Positions 18,101-28,427 of a stretch of 64,000 bases of DNA are shown here, in pieces; position 1 is the stretch's first letter; each line of letters opens with the position of its first letter. Under the pieces are notes generated by a model. That model made no database searches and had not been told where the DNA came from. It saw nothing but the letters and a program-made list of their open reading frames with translations. Source of the DNA: an uncultured Fibrobacteria bacterium (GTDB lineage Bacteria; Fibrobacterota; Fibrobacteria; UBA11236); the NCBI GenBank assembly GCA_963716395.1, contig OY970309.1:2176001-2240000 (forward strand). Direction: 5' to 3'. A program made the translations under genes and the position numbers.

Positions 18101-19480
18101 CTAAACCAATCGATTTTGCCGCATCACTTCGGAATACCATTTGCCGCTTTCCTTTACAATTCGGCGTTGGGTGGCGAAATCCACATGGACGATTCCAAAC
18201 CGTTTCGCGTATCCTTCCGCCCATTCGAAATTGTCCATCAAGCTCCAGGCGAAGAATCCGGCCAAGCCGATGCCTTCCGCCGTCGCCCGATGCGCCTCCG
18301 CAAGATATGCCCGCAGCCATTGCAGCCGGTCCAAATCCACCACGCGACCTTGATCGTCGACGCGATCGTCGCAGGCGCATCCGGCCTCGGTAATGTAAAA
18401 CTTCTCGACTCCGTACACTTCGCGCGCATGTCGGCACCCCCAATACAAGGCCTGCGGCACCTGCTTCAGCCAATCCAGCGCCATGGTCGGGTATTCGAGA
18501 GGGAATTCCATCTCTTCGTAGCCTTTGTCGTCGGCGGCTTCCCGGATATAGGTCCCGGTATAGACATTGACGCCCAGGAAATCCACCGGCTGGCGCATCT
18601 GCTCCAGATCTCCCGCCCGGATTTCCGGAGCATCGGCGCCCTGTTCACGCAGCCACCAGTCGGGATATCCGCCTTGGAACAAGGGCTGCATCAGTCTTCC
18701 GTTGCGTCGGATATATTTCTTGCGCGTGGCTTCCAAGCAGGCGGGGGTTTCCATCAAAGGCACGGGAATCCCCGGTGAATCGACCACGCCGATTTCCGCT
18801 CCGGGCTTGGCTGCGGCCCGCAGGAGTTGCACCGCCAAACCATGCGCCAGAAAAACATGGTGATAGGCTTGGTTCATCATTCGCGGGCCGAGTTGCAGGC
18901 CCGGGGCGTGAATGCCTTGCTGATACCCTTGGCCCAGGAAGATCGTGATTTCGTTGAAGGTCATCCAACTCGGCACGCGATCTCCCAACCGTTGGGCCAC
19001 GGCTTGCACGTACTCTCCGAAGGCCGCCACGGTTTCGCGATTGCACCAGCCGCCCCGATCCTGCAAGGGTTGGGGCAAATCCCAGTGGTATAAAGTCGCG
19101 CAGGGCAGGATGTTTTTGGCCAACAGGGCGTCGACCAGGCGGTCGTAAAACTCCAGCCCTTTGGGGTTCACGGCCCCGGTTCCCAAGGGCACGATGCGCG
19201 GCCAGGCGATGCTGAAACGGTAGGCTTTTACGCCCAGGTCGGCCATCAGGTCCAAGTCTTGTGGCCACCGATGATATTGATCACAAGCGGTTTCGCCCGT
19301 ATCGCCGCCGATCACCTTTCCCGGCGTGGCGCAGAACGTATCCCAAATGCTTTTCCCCCGGCCGTCGGCACGGGTGGCGCCTTCGACTTGAAACGCCGAA
19401 GTGGCCGCACCCCACTGGAATCCATCCGGAAATTTCCGGTAGTCGCGTTGCAGGGGTTCCTGAATCAGAGGGTGGGACAT
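18101..19480 (-). CDS. GH1 beta-glucosidase (cytoplasmic)
   Basis: FPDGFQWGAATSAFQVEG, YRFSIAWPR, TLYHWDLP, TFNE (acid/base), YITEAG (nucleophile) and WSLMDNFEW; no signal peptide. Confidence 0.95.
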   Translation of the reverse strand: MSHPLIQEPLQRDYRKFPDGFQWGAATSAFQVEGATRADGRGKSIWDTFCATPGKVIGGDTGETACDQYHRWPQDLDLMADLGVKAYRFSIAWPRIVPLGTGAVNPKGLEFYDRLVDALLAKNILPCATLYHWDLPQPLQDRGGWCNRETVAAFGEYVQAVAQRLGDRVPSWMTFNEITIFLGQGYQQGIHAPGLQLGPRMMNQAYHHVFLAHGLAVQLLRAAAKPGAEIGVVDSPGIPVPLMETPACLEATRKKYIRRNGRLMQPLFQGGYPDWWLREQGADAPEIRAGDLEQMRQPVDFLGVNVYTGTYIREAADDKGYEEMEFPLEYPTMALDWLKQVPQALYWGCRHAREVYGVEKFYITEAGCACDDRVDDQGRVVDLDRLQWLRAYLAEAHRATAEGIGLAGFFAWSLMDNFEWAEGYAKRFGIVHVDFATQRRIVKESGKWYSEVMRQNRLV

Positions 19481-19500
19481 TTCGGCGGCTCCTTTATTTT

Positions 19501-19538
19501 AGGGTACCTCTAAAAATGAATTTCATTAGAGGTACCCT
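19501..19538. repeat. Minimal MITE derivative (inverted-repeat pair only) between the GH9 stop and the GH1 RBS
   Basis: AGGGTACCTCTAA-N12-TTAGAGGTACCCT; the 13-bp arms are identical to the ends of the 8372 element. Confidence 0.75.
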
Positions 19539-22500
19539 TAATTGTCGCGAATCACTCCGATGCGCCGCACCTGGGAGGCGCCTCCGGCATTGGCCGCCGC
19601 CCCGTTGGAAAGCGGCCAGACCTGCATCTGCCAGATATAGACGCCGGTGCCGGCTTTGGTGCCCTTGTCGGAGCGGGCGTTCCAAATCACCCGGGTAAAA
19701 ACCTTGGTGGCATCGGGCGCCGACGCCGACCCGCCGGGGAAATATTGCGGGCCCACCTCGCCGGTAACCGCCGTCAGAAATTGCCCGGAATGGCTGAATA
19801 TTCGGGCTTCGTAACCGAAAGGGGACGGGCTTTGAATCACAACCCACGGACGGAAAGGATTGCGGATGGTGTCGGTCGAAACCACCGGGCATCCCCCGGT
19901 GCAAGCCACGGCCGAACCGGCCTGTGAGACTTGAATCGGTTGAATATTGCTGCCCGAAGAATCTTGCAAGGCAATCACCCAGGGGTATTCCCCTTCCGTC
20001 CATCCCCCGGCGCGGAAGACGGAGTTCCCCCAGGTCAGCTTCCAGGGGAGCTTGGTGGAGTCGGTGGCGGTGGTGGTGTCGTTGGTGTGCCGGGCCAACC
20101 CTTCCACCACCACCCAGCGGTTTACGGGCAGGGCGGGATTTCCCGCGGAGTCATGCACGCCCTGAGCGGCGCTGACGATGCGCAAGCTGTCGCCCGCATT
20201 GAGTTGCACCGCAGAGGTTGAATCCACCAGGAAGGTCCATTGATTTCCCTGGTTGTTCAGGACCTGGGTAATCGTCAACCCGGCGGCGTCGGTAATCGCT
20301 CCCGCCTGCCATGCCTGAAAGGGATGGCTGTAAGCCAGGTTGTAAACCACCGCTTCGCTGAAGGTCACCGCCAAGGTGTCGGAGGCCAACCGGGTACCGG
20401 AGGCTGACAAAGGCGAGGGATACAGCACCACGCGATCCAACACCGGTCCCGCGCTGTCCGCCAGGGTAAAGGCGGAAAGGCGCTGTTTACCGCCCACGGT
20501 CAGGAAGGAATGACCCGAATTCACATTCGATCCTGTGAACCCCGTCACACCCGACGGAAAAGGCGGCGCAATCGTGACTTCCACCTGGTTTCCGGCCACC
20601 TGAAAAGCGCCGGCGCGAAAGGTCCTTTGACCTGCAGCCGTAGGAAACCAAAGCTGCAAGGAGTCGGGCGGTCCGGCCAGCGCGCTGGAATAAACGACCA
20701 CGGCCTGGTCCACGGCGCCATCCCCGTTCGGGTCGAGGATCCATCCCCGGACCGCTTGGGGAAAGGTCGCCACCGTATACAGAAAAGCCCGTGATATGTC
20801 GGTGGGATCGGTGGGATCTTGATAGGTGGCCCACACCGTGTCGCCGCTGGCCATGGCCATTTGGAAGGGACCGAGCGCGGAGGGTGCGGAATCCAACACC
20901 GCCACCGGAACCTGGGACCGGAAAATACCCGTATGCGCCCCGGTCTCGATCAGGGTCAAGGTCAAACTGTCGTTCTGGTTGGGGTTTTGCACGACGGCAT
21001 ACAAGGTGTCGGCCTGATCGGAGATGTCTCCGTTTTTATCCTGAACTTGCACCAGAAACTTCGTCTGGCCAATCACCGCCAAGGTGGGGAGAGCGGTACT
21101 ATCCACCGGCGACAGCAAGGTGAGGGTGGAGGGATAGGCGTCGGTTTTGGTGTAGTCGATCTGAAAATTATCATCGACGAAGGCGCAGCCGGCGCAGCCC
21201 TGGCAACTGGGATCCGAACCGCCGAAGAGGGTGACATCCACGTCGTTGCGGCCGGGAGTCAGGGTCAAGGGGATGTTCAAATTCCATATATTGGCGGCGG
21301 AGTCGAAAACGGCCGCGGTTCCCAGATTCGGAACCTTGATGCCATTCACCCAGATGTCCGTTAACTTCCCGTCCCCCGAAATAGTTGCAGTGCCTTTGAC
21401 ATGGACCGTCGGCGACGCCTGTTGGATGATCTTGTAGGTTTCGGGCGGATCGTTCAAGGGCGAGGTGAGTTGCGCCGTCATCTGGTATTGGTTCACCTTG
21501 GTGGACTGTTCGGTGGCGGAAGGCGAATAACCCCAAATGAATTCACCCTTGCGGTACACGGTGAAATATTGATCCACTTCGGTGTGGATATACGCCGTGT
21601 CGACGCCGACCTTGGTGCCTGCTTGAATTCCCCCGAAATTCACCGGGTCGCCGTTGGCGGTGGAATGCACCGCCCAGGTCCAGTCGCTGGAATTGGGCAG
21701 GCGAGTGGAGGGCGTATCCAGTAAATCGCCGTTTTCATTGCGCTTCACGAAGGTGATATCCACCCGGAAACGCGCGCCGGATGACATGACCGCATTTCCC
21801 ATCGGCAGCGAGACATACCAGTCATAGGTATTGGTGGCGGGATCGTAAGTATCCGGCATTTTGACGGGAACCTGTTTTTGAATCAAGGTGTCGAGCGCCG
21901 TCTTGAAGGCATTGGTGGGATCGAGATACCCCGACGACAGATACGCCTGGCCGATGTCGTCGCGCACTCCGAAGTCGGCCATCTCCGAATCGGTGGCGCG
22001 CATGTAAAAACGCACGTCAAGCGAGTCATAGCTCTGAATGTCCTGGTTGACGATATTGAAACCCAAATATTGTTTGTCGCCGATATAATAGGTCAGCGCC
22101 CGAATGTCGAAATTAACATGCGTCACGGGCGTGGTGAAGGTGTAGTACTGGCCCTGGTTATTGTCGATGGCTCCGTCGGATTCGACGTAAAACCAGTAGG
22201 TGGTTTTTTCCTGCAAGCCGGAGAGATGCACATAATGGAATTTCACCGGATGCCCCGCCGAATCGACGTCTTGCACCATGGCCTTCGGCGGCTTCGTGGT
22301 GTCGTACACAACCTTGCTGTCGTATTGACCGTTGGGCGTGAACCATAAGATGTCCGCCGAGTTGGCCGTGACATTGCAAACCTTCACCTCTGCGATTTGT
22401 GCGGGCCCCGGCGGTTGGGCCAAGGTCGTGAAGGAGAAATCCTTGCCGCCATTGTTGTTGATGCCGGTGACTCCCTTCACATCGGTGGCTTCGGCCTGAA

Positions 22501-24817
22501 AGTAATACGTGGTTCCTGGCTTTAACCCCGTCAGCACGATGAGGTGATCCACCCCGGCCGAATCCCCGGCTTTGACGGTGGTCAGCGATCCGGTCGCGGT
22601 GCCGTAGCGAATCAAAGCCGTGCCATAATTGTTTTGCCGGATATCGATGATGGCGCTGTCCACCCCGACGTATTTGATCTGCACCTGAATGGTGACCGAA
22701 TCGATCGAGTCATCCTTGACCAGTCCCAATACCGGCAGAAGAATGTTGTCGGTTCCGTCGATGCACGATTCGGAATGGATGTAATCGCCCCAATATTCGG
22801 TGTACAGGCCGGGATCGCCGGCGGCGGGCGGGGGAAAGCCGCCCTGCAGCGCTCCGTCGGGCGGCCGGTAATGATAAAATGCGCCCGGCATATTGGTGCC
22901 TTCGGGGTTGGCGGCGCGATGATGCGGGTGGTTGAAATTCTTGGCGCCCACGCCGTAAATCATGCTGATGTCCCAGGGGTTCACGCCCAGGAAATAATCC
23001 ATTTGCCGCACCAGCAATTCATGTACTTCGGCGGCTTTCCAATCGGTGGTGGCGGGCGTATGCGGCAAGGTGACGCCGGACAAATCCTTGGCGATATCGT
23101 AGTAGCAGAAAAATTCCGTGGAATTGCCGGCGATATAGCGATTCCAAACCCACACCACGTCGGCCAGGGTGTTGATTTTCCACAACGGATCATAGGTCAA
23201 AGTATGCCCCCCCCACAGTGGGGGGTTGGAGGCCGGCAAGTCGATGGTCGCCGATCCCCCTTGCAACAAGCCGATGTTGTTGATGATGGAAAAGACGACG
23301 TTTTCGATGAGACTCAGGCGTTGCGCGGCGTTGATTCCGCAGGCGGCAGCCACGGTCGGATCTTTCAGAATCAAGCGATAAAACGCCCACAGGGTGATCG
23401 AATGGATGTTGGCGTAAGAAGTGTTGGTGCCGCCTTTTTGCAAAGTGGGAGCGTTATAGGCGAACCACCCCCCGGGAAAGGTCCCCGTGGTGAAATACGG
23501 GTTGGCGAACTTTCCCAAAGTCGAGTCTTCATATAGGTCGTAGCGATAACTGGTATCCTTGGTGGCCCACAACAAGGCCACGGCCGCCATGGCCATGTCA
23601 TCGTTGAAGGTGCCTTCGGTGGGATAGGCGCCCGTCGATCCCGAACCCGTCTGTTCCGACTTCCCGAAGGCGTACATTTTTTTGGCGGCAGCCAGGCATT
23701 GCGCGGCATACACGCTGTCATAGGGCGCATATTGTTTGGAAAAAAATGCCAGGCCGGCCGCCACCCGACCCATGATGTTCGAGCCTACTTCATTGCGAAC
23801 ATCGCGCACCGGTCCGCCCAAATTTTGTGGCATGAGATCCTGAAACTGGGGCTGGCCCCACCAGGAATGATCGTATCCGAAATTCCCGACCGAGGTATAC
23901 ATCTTGGAGGGATCGCCCTTCGCGACGTTATAGGATTTCATGAAGAAATCCACTCCCATTTTGGATTCGTACAACATATCGGGAACGCCGTCGGTGTGGT
24001 AGGTGTTGTTCTGATTGCGGCCGTAGTCGTCGGCGTCGCGATCGGGGAGCGCCGCATCCGACAATGCCAGCATCAGCAAGGTGTAGCTCATGGACATGGA
24101 CTCCTTGAGATGATCCCCGCAATCGTACCAGCCTCCGGTGAGCGAGCCGTCGCCATTCGGCCCATCCTTCAAATGCGCGGGTGGATGGAACCAGGAATCG
24201 GTGTTACCGTCCCGGGCGACGCCGAAAAATTTGAGCAGGTCGTCGCGCACCCAGGCGTAAATTTTGTCGTTCACCACGAAGGGCTCCGAGGTGTCGGGGC
24301 CCGACACGATGCGATAGCGCCCGGGCGCGATGGTTTGGGGAATCTGGCCCTCGGACACCTCACCCGCGTAAACCGGGCTCAGCATGGTGTAACGCGTATC
24401 GCCTCCTCCCACCAGCGAGGCGTTGTTGGAAGCCCGAATCGAAAGCTGTCCGGAGGTGGTTTGCCCGGTGGGAGTCAAGGTACCGTTGGCCACGGACATT
24501 CCGTTTTGATCGATGACTTGAAAAGTCGAACTCGAGCCGCCCACGACATAAAAAAACTTCTGATCTTCGGTGCGATACCCGGCCTGATTGACGCGGATTC
24601 TGGAAAACTTGATGTTGAGCGAATCCCGATACAGCTGATCCATGGTATCGGGCAAGGGGTTGGCGATGGGGGCATAAGGCGGCGGATCCACCGCTTGCGC
24701 CTGCGCAATTTTCGTCGTAAACCCGAGCAGGCAAATCAGGGAAAAACCAACCAAGGTTGATTTATGCCCAAGCCTGATAAGTCCACGCATGGACCGCCCC
24801 AAATTTCCCCTGTTCAT
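19538..24817 (-). CDS. Giant GH9 endoglucanase (~1750 aa): Ig-like, GH9, two FN3-like and further beta-sandwich domains, a fibro-slime-like module and an FlgD-like C-terminal tail
   Basis: IRVNQAGY, GGWYDCGDHLK, HPHHR and HSESCIDG; tail WNARSDKGTKAGTGVYIW. The start is probably 24817 or 24790 because the promoter motif overlaps the ATG at 24856. Confidence 0.88.
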   Translation of the reverse strand: MNRGNLGRSMRGLIRLGHKSTLVGFSLICLLGFTTKIAQAQAVDPPPYAPIANPLPDTMDQLYRDSLNIKFSRIRVNQAGYRTEDQKFFYVVGGSSSTFQVIDQNGMSVANGTLTPTGQTTSGQLSIRASNNASLVGGGDTRYTMLSPVYAGEVSEGQIPQTIAPGRYRIVSGPDTSEPFVVNDKIYAWVRDDLLKFFGVARDGNTDSWFHPPAHLKDGPNGDGSLTGGWYDCGDHLKESMSMSYTLLMLALSDAALPDRDADDYGRNQNNTYHTDGVPDMLYESKMGVDFFMKSYNVAKGDPSKMYTSVGNFGYDHSWWGQPQFQDLMPQNLGGPVRDVRNEVGSNIMGRVAAGLAFFSKQYAPYDSVYAAQCLAAAKKMYAFGKSEQTGSGSTGAYPTEGTFNDDMAMAAVALLWATKDTSYRYDLYEDSTLGKFANPYFTTGTFPGGWFAYNAPTLQKGGTNTSYANIHSITLWAFYRLILKDPTVAAACGINAAQRLSLIENVVFSIINNIGLLQGGSATIDLPASNPPLWGGHTLTYDPLWKINTLADVVWVWNRYIAGNSTEFFCYYDIAKDLSGVTLPHTPATTDWKAAEVHELLVRQMDYFLGVNPWDISMIYGVGAKNFNHPHHRAANPEGTNMPGAFYHYRPPDGALQGGFPPPAAGDPGLYTEYWGDYIHSESCIDGTDNILLPVLGLVKDDSIDSVTIQVQIKYVGVDSAIIDIRQNNYGTALIRYGTATGSLTTVKAGDSAGVDHLIVLTGLKPGTTYYFQAEATDVKGVTGINNNGGKDFSFTTLAQPPGPAQIAEVKVCNVTANSADILWFTPNGQYDSKVVYDTTKPPKAMVQDVDSAGHPVKFHYVHLSGLQEKTTYWFYVESDGAIDNNQGQYYTFTTPVTHVNFDIRALTYYIGDKQYLGFNIVNQDIQSYDSLDVRFYMRATDSEMADFGVRDDIGQAYLSSGYLDPTNAFKTALDTLIQKQVPVKMPDTYDPATNTYDWYVSLPMGNAVMSSGARFRVDITFVKRNENGDLLDTPSTRLPNSSDWTWAVHSTANGDPVNFGGIQAGTKVGVDTAYIHTEVDQYFTVYRKGEFIWGYSPSATEQSTKVNQYQMTAQLTSPLNDPPETYKIIQQASPTVHVKGTATISGDGKLTDIWVNGIKVPNLGTAAVFDSAANIWNLNIPLTLTPGRNDVDVTLFGGSDPSCQGCAGCAFVDDNFQIDYTKTDAYPSTLTLLSPVDSTALPTLAVIGQTKFLVQVQDKNGDISDQADTLYAVVQNPNQNDSLTLTLIETGAHTGIFRSQVPVAVLDSAPSALGPFQMAMASGDTVWATYQDPTDPTDISRAFLYTVATFPQAVRGWILDPNGDGAVDQAVVVYSSALAGPPDSLQLWFPTAAGQRTFRAGAFQVAGNQVEVTIAPPFPSGVTGFTGSNVNSGHSFLTVGGKQRLSAFTLADSAGPVLDRVVLYPSPLSASGTRLASDTLAVTFSEAVVYNLAYSHPFQAWQAGAITDAAGLTITQVLNNQGNQWTFLVDSTSAVQLNAGDSLRIVSAAQGVHDSAGNPALPVNRWVVVEGLARHTNDTTTATDSTKLPWKLTWGNSVFRAGGWTEGEYPWVIALQDSSGSNIQPIQVSQAGSAVACTGGCPVVSTDTIRNPFRPWVVIQSPSPFGYEARIFSHSGQFLTAVTGEVGPQYFPGGSASAPDATKVFTRVIWNARSDKGTKAGTGVYIWQMQVWPLSNGAAANAGGASQVRRIGVIRDN

Positions 24818-24834
24818 GATTGGAAACCCCGCAA

Positions 24835-24866
24835 TCTTAGTGGAGGGAAAAACCATTCCGGTTCAA
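24835..24866 (-). promoter_or_regulatory. ECF-type cluster promoter (GH9-GH1 operon)
   Basis: Minus strand TTGAACC-N18-ACTAAGA. Confidence 0.6.
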
Positions 24867-24905
24867 ACCGAGACTCGGCCTGTGTGCTGAAAATCTTGGG
24901 AAAAA

Positions 24906-24936
24906 TCGAACCTGGAGGCGGAATTTCTAACTAATT
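24906..24936 (+). promoter_or_regulatory. ECF-type cluster promoter (ABC transporter operon)
   Basis: TCGAACC-N17-ACTAATT; same core and spacing as the motif upstream of the ECF sigma gene. Confidence 0.6.
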
Positions 24937-25008
24937 GGGAGAGTCAAAACGCGTTGGATGCAAGGGCGGCTCACAGCGGGCCTCGTTTCTCGATTGCAGG
25001 ATTGGTGA

Positions 25009-26088
25009 ATGGCCGAGGTATTGCTCAAGAATATCAACAAAGTCTATGACGGAAACGTGGTGGCCGTCAAAGACGTCAGTCTGGAAATTCGCGATCGGGA
25101 ATTTATGGTGCTGGTCGGCCCTTCGGGGTGCGGCAAATCCACCTTGTTGCGGATGATTGCCGGTTTGGAAGAGATTTCGGCGGGCGATCTCATCATCGAC
25201 GGAAAGCGCTGCAACGAGGTGGCGCCCAAAGACCGCGATATCGCCATGGTTTTCCAGAATTACGCGCTTTACCCGCATATGACCGTGGCGCAAAACCTGG
25301 CCTTCGGCCTGAAACTGCGCGCCATTTCCAACCAAGAAATCCGTGCGCGCGTGCGCGAAGCGGCGGAACGGCTGGGATTATCCGAATTGCTCCACCGCAA
25401 GCCCAGGGCCCTTTCCGGCGGGCAACGCCAGCGCGTAGCCCTGGGCCGCGCCATGGTGCGAAAACCCAAGGTCTTCCTCTTCGACGAGCCGCTTTCCAAC
25501 CTCGACGCCAAACTTCGCGTGCAAATGCGGGTGGAAATCGCCCGCTTGGCCGCCCAGTTGGAAACCACCATGATTTATGTCACGCATGATCAAACCGAGG
25601 CCATGACCTTGGGGCATCGCATCGCCTGTTTGCGCGGTGGGGAAATCCAACAGTTGGGGGCGCCGCTTGAACTTTATAAACACCCCCAGAATGCTTTCGT
25701 GGCGGGGTTTATCGGCATGCCGCCCATGAATTTTTTCCCCTTTCGCCTTGAGGGCGAAACTTTGATCGTTCCCGGCACGCGGGGCAATTGGAAACCCCGA
25801 CTCTCCGAACTGCGCGCTCTGCCGGGTTTTTCACCCGCGAAGTCGATGCTGGGAATTCGCCCCGAACATTTGACCGTCGCCGGGGAAAACGGCGCGGGAC
25901 TTGAAGCCGACGTGGATATCGTGGAACCTTTAGGCGCCGAAACCATGGTGTATTGCCGGCTGGGCGATCTCAAAGCGGTGGCGCGCTTGCCGGCCGAGAC
26001 CACCCTGCGGCGCGGCGACAAACTTTCTTTGGTGCCTCTGTCGACCCACCTGCATTTTTTTGAACCCATTCAGGATACCCCATCATGA
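25009..26088 (+). CDS. Sugar ABC transporter ATPase (MalK/UgpC/MsmK family)
   Basis: GPSGCGKST, FQNYALYPHM, LSGGQRQR, FLFDEPLSNLD, YVTHDQ and a C-terminal TOBE region. Confidence 0.95.
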   Translation: MAEVLLKNINKVYDGNVVAVKDVSLEIRDREFMVLVGPSGCGKSTLLRMIAGLEEISAGDLIIDGKRCNEVAPKDRDIAMVFQNYALYPHMTVAQNLAFGLKLRAISNQEIRARVREAAERLGLSELLHRKPRALSGGQRQRVALGRAMVRKPKVFLFDEPLSNLDAKLRVQMRVEIARLAAQLETTMIYVTHDQTEAMTLGHRIACLRGGEIQQLGAPLELYKHPQNAFVAGFIGMPPMNFFPFRLEGETLIVPGTRGNWKPRLSELRALPGFSPAKSMLGIRPEHLTVAGENGAGLEADVDIVEPLGAETMVYCRLGDLKAVARLPAETTLRRGDKLSLVPLSTHLHFFEPIQDTPS

Positions 26089-27480
26089 AGAAAAAAATCG
26101 CGACTCTTTCCGCAGGCATCGGTTTGGCAGCCGCCGCTTGGCTCTCGGCCTGTCACGCAGAAAAAGGCCAAGCCGGGGCGCCCGACCAAACCGTGCGCAT
26201 CTGGATCATGCCCAATACCCCGAAACCCGAAACCGATATGCAAGCGGTTTTGCAAGGGTTTCAAGCCGATCATCCGCATGTGCGCTTTGAAATAACGGTC
26301 TTGGATTGGGGCAGCGCGTGGACGCGCATCACCACCTCGGCCATCTCCGGCGACGGACCGGACGTGATTCAATTGGGGAGCACCTGGGCCTCTTCGCTTA
26401 CCGATTTGGGCGCCCTGCTTTCCCTGGATGATTTGCAAGACTCGCTGCACGTCATGAATGACTTCCTTCCCGCCACGCGGGAAATCATGCACCCGCGTTT
26501 CGCGCAGCATGTCACTTCTCTGCCGTGGTTTTTGGATGTGCGTCCGCTGTTTTATCGCGCCGACATTTTCCGCAAGGCCAAAGCCGACCCCGCCACGATG
26601 AATACCTGGGATGGTTTTGTCGCGGGCCTGGAGAAAATCAAGCAGGCCAAAATCCATGATGAAAACGGGTTGGTCGAACCCATCGGATTTCCCGGTAAAA
26701 ACGATTGGAACGTGGTGCATAACTTCGCGCCCTGGATTTGGGGAGCGGGCGGGGGATTTTTAAACGCGCAGGGCGATCAATGCATTCTGAATCAACCCGA
26801 ATCCATGCAGGGCATTCTGTTCTATCTGAGCTTGGTGCGCAAAGGGTTGAACAACCCTTCCAATTTGGAGAAAAACACCGCGCAGATCTCCTCCGAATTC
26901 GATGCCGGGCATTTCGCTTCGATCTTCGAGACCACCACGAAAAATGTTTACCTCAATCTGCCCCCGGAACAGGGCGGTATCGGTAACGCCGAGGTGGCGC
27001 AGAATTACCAAGTCGCCATGCCGCCGGCCGGCCCGAAAAAACAGGTGTACTTCATGGGCGGTTCCCAATTGGCCTTGTTTCGCTCGTGCAAGAATCCGGC
27101 CTTGGCGAAAGAGCTGGTGTTGTATCTCTGCGCGAATAAGGCGGCCCAATTGCAGTATTCCAAGCTTATCCGGTTTTCTCCCGGCTTCGCTGGCCGCCTT
27201 GGATGACCCGTATTTCGTGCAAGACCCGAAGCGCAAAGTGTTCAAGGCCATGGTGGCTTACGGGCGCTTTTATCCCAGCGTTCCCTATTGGGCCGAAATC
27301 GAAACTTCGGTGCTGACGCGCCGCCTGGGAAACCTTTTCGACATTGCCGCCGAAGTGAATGGCCCCTATTCCGAGGCCAAGGTCCGCAAAGAAGTCGACG
27401 CGACGGTGCAGGAAATCGACGAAGTGATCCGGCAATATTTTGTCGCCCATCCGCGCCACCCGATGCCCGGGAAGCTTTGA
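26085..27480 (+). CDS. Sugar-binding lipoprotein of the ABC transporter; one frameshift near 27165
   Basis: Lipobox LSAC; GPDVIQLG, LPWFLDVRPLFYR and MGGSQL. The sequence continues as GFLPASLAALDDPYF in the 26902..27480 frame. Confidence 0.85.
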
Positions 27481-27486
27481 GTATCG

Positions 27487-28422
27487 GTGATGGGTCTTCT
27501 CCGGCGCACCTTCCGCCGTCACCGTGCCGCTTACACCTTCCTGGCGCCGGCGGCCTTGGGCATTTTGTTGCTGCAAGCGTTTCCCCTGTTGCAGGGCATT
27601 TATCTCAGTTTTCTGCGCAGCCGCAAAGACCTGTTGCTGAAATACCTGTCGGCGCCCTTCATCGGCCTGGAAAATTATCGCGAGATTCTCTTTAATCCCA
27701 ACAGCCCGCTGCGCTCCGGTTTAGGCGATGCCATTCGCAACACGGTCGTCTATACCATCACCGTGACCGCCGGAACTTTTGCCGTGGGCTTGGCGGCGGC
27801 CCTTCTGGTGAACCGGAACTTTGCCGGGCGCGGCCTGGCGCGCACCTTGATGTTGTTCCCCTGGATTGTCCCCACCTATGTGGTGGGCCTGCTGTGGGGC
27901 TTCCTCTGGCAGCAAGACAGCGGCCTCATCAATTTGATTTTGGTCAACGGACTGCATCTGTTCCATACGAAACCGGTTTGGCTGATTGGCCCCAACACCA
28001 TTTGGGCCATCGTGATTCCCACCATCTGGCGACAATGGCCGTTTTCGATGCTGATGATCCTGGCGGGCTTGCAGGGAATTTCCAAAGATGTGTATGAAGC
28101 GGCCCAAATCGACGGCGCCAATCCCTGGCAAAGTTTTTTCCGCATCACCTGGCCCTTGTTGACGCCGGTCTGGGCCATTCTCATCCTCAACGGACTGATC
28201 TTCAACGTGTATTCCTTCAACATCGTCATCATGATGTTCGGCAACGGGGCGGGCTTTCCGGGTAAGTACGGCGACTTGCTGATGACCAATGTGTTCCGCA
28301 ATTCCTTTCAGATGTGGGATTTCGGCGGAGGGGCCGCCATGGCTTCGTTAATGATGCTGGCCATGTTCGGGTTGATTCTGATTTGGTACCGCGTTTTCCG
28401 CAAACATCTTTCGGTGAAATAG
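27487..28422 (+). CDS. Sugar ABC permease (MalF-like)
   Basis: FIGLENY; EAA loop YEAAQIDGA; multiple TM helices. Confidence 0.93.
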   Translation: MMGLLRRTFRRHRAAYTFLAPAALGILLLQAFPLLQGIYLSFLRSRKDLLLKYLSAPFIGLENYREILFNPNSPLRSGLGDAIRNTVVYTITVTAGTFAVGLAAALLVNRNFAGRGLARTLMLFPWIVPTYVVGLLWGFLWQQDSGLINLILVNGLHLFHTKPVWLIGPNTIWAIVIPTIWRQWPFSMLMILAGLQGISKDVYEAAQIDGANPWQSFFRITWPLLTPVWAILILNGLIFNVYSFNIVIMMFGNGAGFPGKYGDLLMTNVFRNSFQMWDFGGGAAMASLMMLAMFGLILIWYRVFRKHLSVK

Positions 28423-28427
28423 CGACG

